Source: Acidiferrobacterales bacterium (GTDB lineage: Bacteria > Pseudomonadota > Gammaproteobacteria > Arenicellales > JAJDZL01). Taken from it: a stretch of DNA of 64,000 nucleotides. Below the pieces are notes generated by a model. It was not told where the DNA came from, made no database searches, and saw only the letters and a list, made by a program, of their open reading frames with translations. Both the position numbers and the translations under genes were made by a program. The stretch lies in the NCBI GenBank assembly GCA_028820695.1, contig JAPPIB010000055.1, forward strand, positions 128,015 to 192,014, written 5' to 3'. The number at the start of each line of letters is the position of its first letter. The first letter of the stretch is position 1. Shown here in pieces: positions 58,932-64,000 of this stretch.

Positions 58932-59747
58932 ATGTCCGACCGCAAGGAAGTCAGGTCCGATCACAGCTCGATTGCCGATACAGGTTGGTTTCATGAAGAA
59001 TGCGGGCAGGAACTCGGCGAACGATTGCAGTTCCTCCCGAACAAGCCGCAACGGATCGTCGATGTCGGGTGTCGTGTCGGACCGCTGAGTCGGTCGCTGC
59101 GCTCGAATTTTCCTGATGCGTCGGTCATTTCAGGCGATGCCCTGACGCGGTCAGGCCCTGAAACAGAACAGGGGAAGGTCGCAGACTGTTGCCCGGACAG
59201 TTTATCTGAACTGGAACGGATGTCACTTGAGGACGGCTCTGCAGGACTGATCGTGTCCAATCTTTCGGCCTCATATTGCGATCCGAAGGCATTTTTTGCA
59301 GAATGCTATCGGATACTGCGCGCGGACGGCGCACTTTTGTTTTCGATGTTCGCGGCTGGATCGTTGGAGGAGTTCCGCCTCGCCTGCCGCCATTCAGGTA
59401 TCGCGCTCATTGATGGGAGGTTTCCCGAAATGCGCGACATCGGTGATCTGCTACTGGCCGGCGGCTTCGCAAATCCGGTTGTTGACACTGACTGCAGGCG
59501 TGTGCGTTATCCCGACATTCAATCCCTCATCCAAGTTCTCGATCAGTCTGGAGCATTCGCTGCGATGGTGGGCGATCACCGACCGCTATCGAAAAAAAGC
59601 GTACAATCTGAACTATCCGAACAGTTTCATGATCTGGATGGCAACGACAATTTCATGCTGACCGTAGACGTCATTTATGGAGTTGCGTGGAAAAATGAGT
59701 CCGGCGGCAGTACTGCCCATGTGCATTTTCATCCGGTGCAGGCATAG
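58932..59747 (+). CDS. class I SAM-dependent methyltransferase-like protein (BioC-like, degenerate motif I)
   Basis: 271 aa. IVDVGCRVG replaces the usual DLGCGTG motif. ...IVSNLSASYCDPKAFFAECYRILRADGALLFSMF resembles the BioC/UbiE-type post-I region. Confidence 0.55.
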   Translation: MSDRKEVRSDHSSIADTGWFHEECGQELGERLQFLPNKPQRIVDVGCRVGPLSRSLRSNFPDASVISGDALTRSGPETEQGKVADCCPDSLSELERMSLEDGSAGLIVSNLSASYCDPKAFFAECYRILRADGALLFSMFAAGSLEEFRLACRHSGIALIDGRFPEMRDIGDLLLAGGFANPVVDTDCRRVRYPDIQSLIQVLDQSGAFAAMVGDHRPLSKKSVQSELSEQFHDLDGNDNFMLTVDVIYGVAWKNESGGSTAHVHFHPVQA

Positions 59748-59783
59748 CTGTTCAGGCGATATCTGATCGATTGGTGAGTTTCC

Positions 59784-61334
59784 ATGAATCTGATGACATC
59801 TCAGGAGTATTGCGAGTCGTTGGACAGTTACAGTCCGAATGTTTATGTTCGCGGCTCAAAAGTGGATAGTGTGGCAAGCCATCCGATGCTTGCGCCCGGA
59901 GTGAACGCCATCGCGATGACCTATGACTTCGCCAGGATGTCCGAACACCGGGACTACGCTCTCGCTGAACAGCACACCTCAGGTCGGACCGTCAATCGAT
60001 TTGTGCATATCAATCGCGATGCAGACGATCTTCTTTGCAAGCTGGAATATGTCCGTGCGGTTTGTCAGCTGACCGGATGTGCGATGCGATATCTGTCCAT
60101 GGATGGTCTGAACGCCTTGTTTCAGGCCACCTATCAGATGGATGCGGAATACGGCACCGAATATAGCACCCGTCTTATCGAGCAGATGCATCGTATCCAG
60201 CAAGAGGATCTGACAGTCGGCATCGCGATGACTGATGCGAAAGGCGACCGCTCGCTGCGACCGAGCGAACAGCCCAAGCCTGACAGTCATCTGCACATTG
60301 TGAATCGAAGACCCGATGGTATCGAGATCTCTGGTGTAAAGGCGATTGTCACCGCCGCACCTTATGTGCATGAGCTGTTTGTGTTGCCCGGTCGGAACAT
60401 GTCCCGCGAGGATAAGGACTTCGCGGTCGCGTGTCAGGTACCGATTGACGCGAAAGGACTTACGATCATAGCTCGGCCTGCGGGGCGTCCCGGCGATCCC
60501 ACGGCCGAATTCAGCAGCAGATTCGGACAGTCAACCGGGGTGTGTATTTTCGAGAACGTCTTCGTACCCTATGACCGGGTCTATATGTGCGGCGAATGGG
60601 AGCACGCCGAGTATCTGACCAAGACGTACGCCAACCATCATCGCCATACCTGTATTGGTGCCAGAGCCGGTTTTGGCGACCTTTTGATCGGGGCGTCCGG
60701 GATGATGATCGAGACCAACGGTCTTGATGCCAATGCTGAGCCGCATCTGAAAGACTCGATGGTGGAGTTGATCAAGACCGTCGAGAGTTTCTATGCATGC
60801 GGTGTTTCGGCGTCGGTGTATTGCACTACGACAGCGGCGGGCAACTGCGAGCCGGATGCGGTTTATTCGAACATCGGCAAGCTGATGCTGGCGAACTCAA
60901 TCTATGACATGCATCGAATCGCCAACACTGTTTCGGGCGGCCTGATCGTGACACTTCCGCACCCAGACGATGACCACAATCCTGATACGATGCACAAACT
61001 GGACACACTGATGTCGGCGAGTCCCGATATTCCACCGCATCGCCGTGCGACTGTCGCCCGACTGATCGAGGATCTGACAGCCTCCCATTCCGGAGCCTGG
61101 TATTCGGTAATCAGCGTACATGGCGGAGGGTCACCAGAAGCGATGAAACGGGAAATTTACAGGAAATACCCGGTCGCAGCCAAGGCGGAGTTCGTTCAGC
61201 GCCTCATTGAGCGCGGTGTTCATGAAAGTTCCGGGAATACCGCGAAGCAGCCCGGTCAATGTTGCGATACCGGTTGCGAGCCTCCGGAAAAATCCACCAT
61301 CCCAACGCGTGAGAAACGTCGATTACTTCGGTGA
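59784..61334 (+). CDS. 4-hydroxybutyryl-CoA dehydratase / 4-hydroxyphenylacetate 3-hydroxylase family protein
   Basis: 516 aa. The N-terminus MTSQEYCESLDSYSPNVYVRGSKVDSVASHPMLAPGVNAIAMTYDFA closely parallels my recollection of the AbfD N-terminus. Cys/His candidates are CQLTGC (aa 94-99) and HHRHTC (aa 285-290). Confidence 0.7.
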   Translation: MNLMTSQEYCESLDSYSPNVYVRGSKVDSVASHPMLAPGVNAIAMTYDFARMSEHRDYALAEQHTSGRTVNRFVHINRDADDLLCKLEYVRAVCQLTGCAMRYLSMDGLNALFQATYQMDAEYGTEYSTRLIEQMHRIQQEDLTVGIAMTDAKGDRSLRPSEQPKPDSHLHIVNRRPDGIEISGVKAIVTAAPYVHELFVLPGRNMSREDKDFAVACQVPIDAKGLTIIARPAGRPGDPTAEFSSRFGQSTGVCIFENVFVPYDRVYMCGEWEHAEYLTKTYANHHRHTCIGARAGFGDLLIGASGMMIETNGLDANAEPHLKDSMVELIKTVESFYACGVSASVYCTTTAAGNCEPDAVYSNIGKLMLANSIYDMHRIANTVSGGLIVTLPHPDDDHNPDTMHKLDTLMSASPDIPPHRRATVARLIEDLTASHSGAWYSVISVHGGGSPEAMKREIYRKYPVAAKAEFVQRLIERGVHESSGNTAKQPGQCCDTGCEPPEKSTIPTREKRRLLR

Positions 61335-61336
61335 AC

Positions 61337-62245
61337 TCAGCGAGAGTCGCCGCGATTCAGCATTGCCGTCAATCCGGTACGCAAATCTTCGCCAAGAAGT
61401 TCTGAGATCATCCGATCGCCAAGTCCTGCGGCTGTCGCATTCTCAAAGAGTTTCAGTGCCGAATCGCTCATTGATGATTCCAGTCCTGCCTGTCGGATCA
61501 CCTGCTCAATGTATCTTGAATCTTTCAGCGCGTTTTGCACACTGAAGACATAGCCCCCGTAGTCATGATCATTGACGATCTGTCCGATTATCCTGTCCAG
61601 AGCAACCGAATTTCCTGATCCTCGGCAGATGATTCGGTAAAACTTCTCCCAGTCGATTCCCAACACATCCGCGGCATGGAAGGTTTCGATGATGGAGCGT
61701 ACCATGCCCAAAACGAGGTAATTGCTGATCAGTTTGGCTTGTCCACCGGACCCGATGGGGCCGAAGTGCAAAATCGATGAACAGAAATTGTTGAGGATCG
61801 GTTCGACCCTGTCGAGTACCTCGTCGTCAGCACCGACAAATGCACCGAGCTCACCTGCATCGGACTGGGCTTTTCCGCCAGCGAGCGGCGCCTCGGCGAA
61901 CAGCACTGATCTTTCCGTCAGTCGTTGCGCCAACTCCAATGTCGCGCCAACTGATGACGTCCCGGTATCCAGTACCAGATGCTGGTCATTCAGGACCGCC
62001 CATATCTCGGTGATGGTGTTGCTCACATCGTCTGAGGTTGGCAGACAGAGAATTACGATATCGCTGACTTCGACAGCCTCTGACTTTGACTTGCATAACC
62101 GGGCTCCCAATTGAACCAGTCGATCCACATTGTCTTTGCTTCGATGCACCGTTACGAACACCTGATGACCGCCTTTGAGCAGGTTCGATGCAATCCCAAA
62201 CCCGATGGCACCGAGTCCAATCACCGTAATCCGTTCACTCATCAC
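61337..62245 (-). CDS. NAD(P)-dependent beta-hydroxyacid dehydrogenase (3-hydroxyisobutyrate dehydrogenase family)
   Basis: 302 aa with the Rossmann motif ITVIGLGAIGFGIASNL, plus ...APLAGGKAQSDAGEL... and ...GSGGQAKLISN. Confidence 0.8.
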   Translation of the reverse strand: MMSERITVIGLGAIGFGIASNLLKGGHQVFVTVHRSKDNVDRLVQLGARLCKSKSEAVEVSDIVILCLPTSDDVSNTITEIWAVLNDQHLVLDTGTSSVGATLELAQRLTERSVLFAEAPLAGGKAQSDAGELGAFVGADDEVLDRVEPILNNFCSSILHFGPIGSGGQAKLISNYLVLGMVRSIIETFHAADVLGIDWEKFYRIICRGSGNSVALDRIIGQIVNDHDYGGYVFSVQNALKDSRYIEQVIRQAGLESSMSDSALKLFENATAAGLGDRMISELLGEDLRTGLTAMLNRGDSR

Positions 62246-62279
62246 TGCCTGCTAAACACAAAGTTCCTGTTATGAGCTG

Positions 62280-63020
62280 TCAGATTGTCCAACCGCCATC
62301 GACAACAAAGAACTGACCGGTTGCGACTTTCGACTCATCCGATGCAAGATAAACGATGATCGGAGCAATGTCCTCCGGTTGCGACATCTTTCCTGTAGGT
62401 TGGCGGGTGAGTATTTCCTGGTAGGCTTGCTCATAATCGCCGCGAGCTTTCAGCCGCTCTGTGAGTGAGGGAGTCAGAACGGTCCCGGGGCATACGGCGT
62501 TGCATCGGATTCCCTGCTTGATATAGTCGCGGGCGATAGCCTTGGTCAGGCCAAGCACCGCGCCTTTGGTTGCGCCATATACACAGCGACTGGCGGCACC
62601 GGTGATCGCAGAAACAACACTTGCCATATTGATGATCGAACCGCCGCCGTTCTCGATCATCGCCGGAAGAAACGTCTCGATCACTCTGGCATGACTTCGG
62701 ACATTGATAGAAAGTGACTTTTCCCAGATGTCATCATCAGCGTCTTCTAGTGTGCCGTGATGGACATATCCGGCACAGTTGAATACTACGTCAGGTGTCG
62801 GCACTGTCTGTGGTAAGCGGGCAATCGCTGAGCTGTCGGTCACATCCAGCTGAAGGCAGTGAATGTTGTCACTTTCCTTTTCCAGACTGGTCAATGAAGG
62901 TGCATCGACATCCGACGCGAATACGGTAGCGCCCTCATTGGCCATGGCAATCGCGCTGGCCCTGCCAATACCCATTCCAGCAGCAGTCATAAACACGATC
63001 TTGTTTTCCAATCTGTCCAT
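62280..63020 (-). CDS. SDR-family oxidoreductase (BDH2/DHRS6-like)
   Basis: 246 aa with TAAGMGIG, NMASV, YGATKGAVLGLTK (YxxxK) and IRCNAVCPGTV. Confidence 0.85.
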   Translation of the reverse strand: MDRLENKIVFMTAAGMGIGRASAIAMANEGATVFASDVDAPSLTSLEKESDNIHCLQLDVTDSSAIARLPQTVPTPDVVFNCAGYVHHGTLEDADDDIWEKSLSINVRSHARVIETFLPAMIENGGGSIINMASVVSAITGAASRCVYGATKGAVLGLTKAIARDYIKQGIRCNAVCPGTVLTPSLTERLKARGDYEQAYQEILTRQPTGKMSQPEDIAPIIVYLASDESKVATGQFFVVDGGWTI

Positions 63021-63045
63021 AATATTCGCTCTGTGAACAATAAAA

Positions 63046-64000
63046 TCAGTGATGTACGACTCTCACATACCTCTGCGGTCCGCCACGTATTTGTTCGTTG
63101 TTGACCGCACCGTGAACACGAGTGATGAACTCATCAAACAGCGGAACAGTAAAGTCGGTAAATCCGTAACTTGGGCTGTAGATCAGTCCGCTGCTGATCA
63201 ATGCCTCTGTAGTGGAACTGACCTGTTGTGAAGTTTTCCCCAGAATTTTTTCTGCTAATCCGGTCCGATACGGTCTGTTCTCGCATTGAGCCATTGCATG
63301 CAGATAATTTTTTTGTGTATCCGAAGTCCGCGCGTAACGAGACCTGAAAGAATTTTGATCCAGTCGGTGCGCGGCAAGAATACTTGAGTCTTTGACATCG
63401 GAAAGGGTGATAACAGGTCCCTGAGCTGTATTCCATACTTGGTATCCCCACTCCTGAAGAAAATACGGATAACCTTGGGTTTGACTGAACACGTCGTCTA
63501 TAGCGTTGTTTTCAAATTCAACGTCTTCACGTTGGGCTGGAACGACGAGTGCGCGCCTTGCGTCGACAGAACTGAGTGGTCCAACTTCTGGATACTGAAA
63601 CAGTCGTTCTGCGTAAGTTCCTGCATTGCCAGCGAGTTTAATCAGAGAAGGCAGTCCCGCGCCGATCACCAATATGGGCAGGTTCTTTTGATTTGTGCGA
63701 TGCATGGCCATAACGAGCGCTTCGAACTCGTTCGAAGGAAGACTTTGAACTTCATCGATAAGAATTACGATTGACACGTTTCGACACTTAGCCGCTTCAC
63801 CAACTGCCAAAAACAGTTCAGCGAGATCCCGGGCTAATACGCCGCTGTCCGCGGTACCTCGTTGTGGATCAATATCCAAGGATATCTCAACACCTTCCAC
63901 TCTTACCTTGATTGTCTCAACAAAACTCTTAAGCACCCGTAGGCCCGATTTAACGTACCCATTGACTCTACCGGTGTTGTCCAGTATCAGTAAAACCGAG
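63046..64000 (-). CDS. AAA/ATPase_2-like ATP-binding protein with a C-terminal winged-helix domain, partial (N-terminus beyond the window end)
   Basis: The reading frame stays open to position 64000 (...LILDNTGRVNGYVKSGLRVLKSFVET...). It has a Walker B-like ILIDEVQSL, GYPYFLQEWG and a wHTH-like C-terminus. The Walker A motif is presumably outside the window. Confidence 0.6.
   Translation of the reverse strand, partial: SVLLILDNTGRVNGYVKSGLRVLKSFVETIKVRVEGVEISLDIDPQRGTADSGVLARDLAELFLAVGEAAKCRNVSIVILIDEVQSLPSNEFEALVMAMHRTNQKNLPILVIGAGLPSLIKLAGNAGTYAERLFQYPEVGPLSSVDARRALVVPAQREDVEFENNAIDDVFSQTQGYPYFLQEWGYQVWNTAQGPVITLSDVKDSSILAAHRLDQNSFRSRYARTSDTQKNYLHAMAQCENRPYRTGLAEKILGKTSQQVSSTTEALISSGLIYSPSYGFTDFTVPLFDEFITRVHGAVNNEQIRGGPQRYVRVVHH

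Overview
This 64-kb chromosomal segment has core gene order typical of Gammaproteobacteria. Core genes are xthA, tRNA-Met, miaB-ybeZ-ybeY-corC-lnt, mgtE, lptC-lptA-lptB, rpoN-hpf-ptsN-rapZ-npr plus an Enzyme I gene, mlaFE, groESL, mnmA and coaE. Metabolic genes include a PimC/PimD-like acyl-CoA dehydrogenase pair, cysK, an aminotransferase, a BenE-type transporter, and a benzoyl-CoA (box) degradation cluster with a thiolase and a 3-hydroxyacyl-CoA dehydrogenase. The most unusual feature is a ~16-kb block of co-oriented genes (about 21.05-37.1 kb) between lptB and rpoN, which are normally adjacent. The block encodes a 3451-aa type I PKS (KS-AT-DH-cMT-ER-KR-ACP-KS plus a degenerate AT-like domain), an alpha/beta-hydrolase, an Sfp-type PPTase, a stand-alone ACP and a SulP-STAS-cNMP transporter. 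I saw no integrase, transposase or flanking repeats. The PKS has three notable oddities: a terminal KS with a non-catalytic AT relic and no following ACP, no release domain, and a Tyr-to-His change at the KR catalytic position. Other points worth a second look are a truncated mla operon followed by a decayed enoyl-CoA hydratase relic, a box cluster lacking boxA/boxD and interrupted by a Phd/VapC toxin-antitoxin pair, and a perfect CIRCE operator behind a consensus sigma70 promoter at groESL. A ~1.1-kb apparently decayed region lies beside a GOLPH3-like gene. All calls come from reading the supplied translations and sequence by eye; no searches were run.
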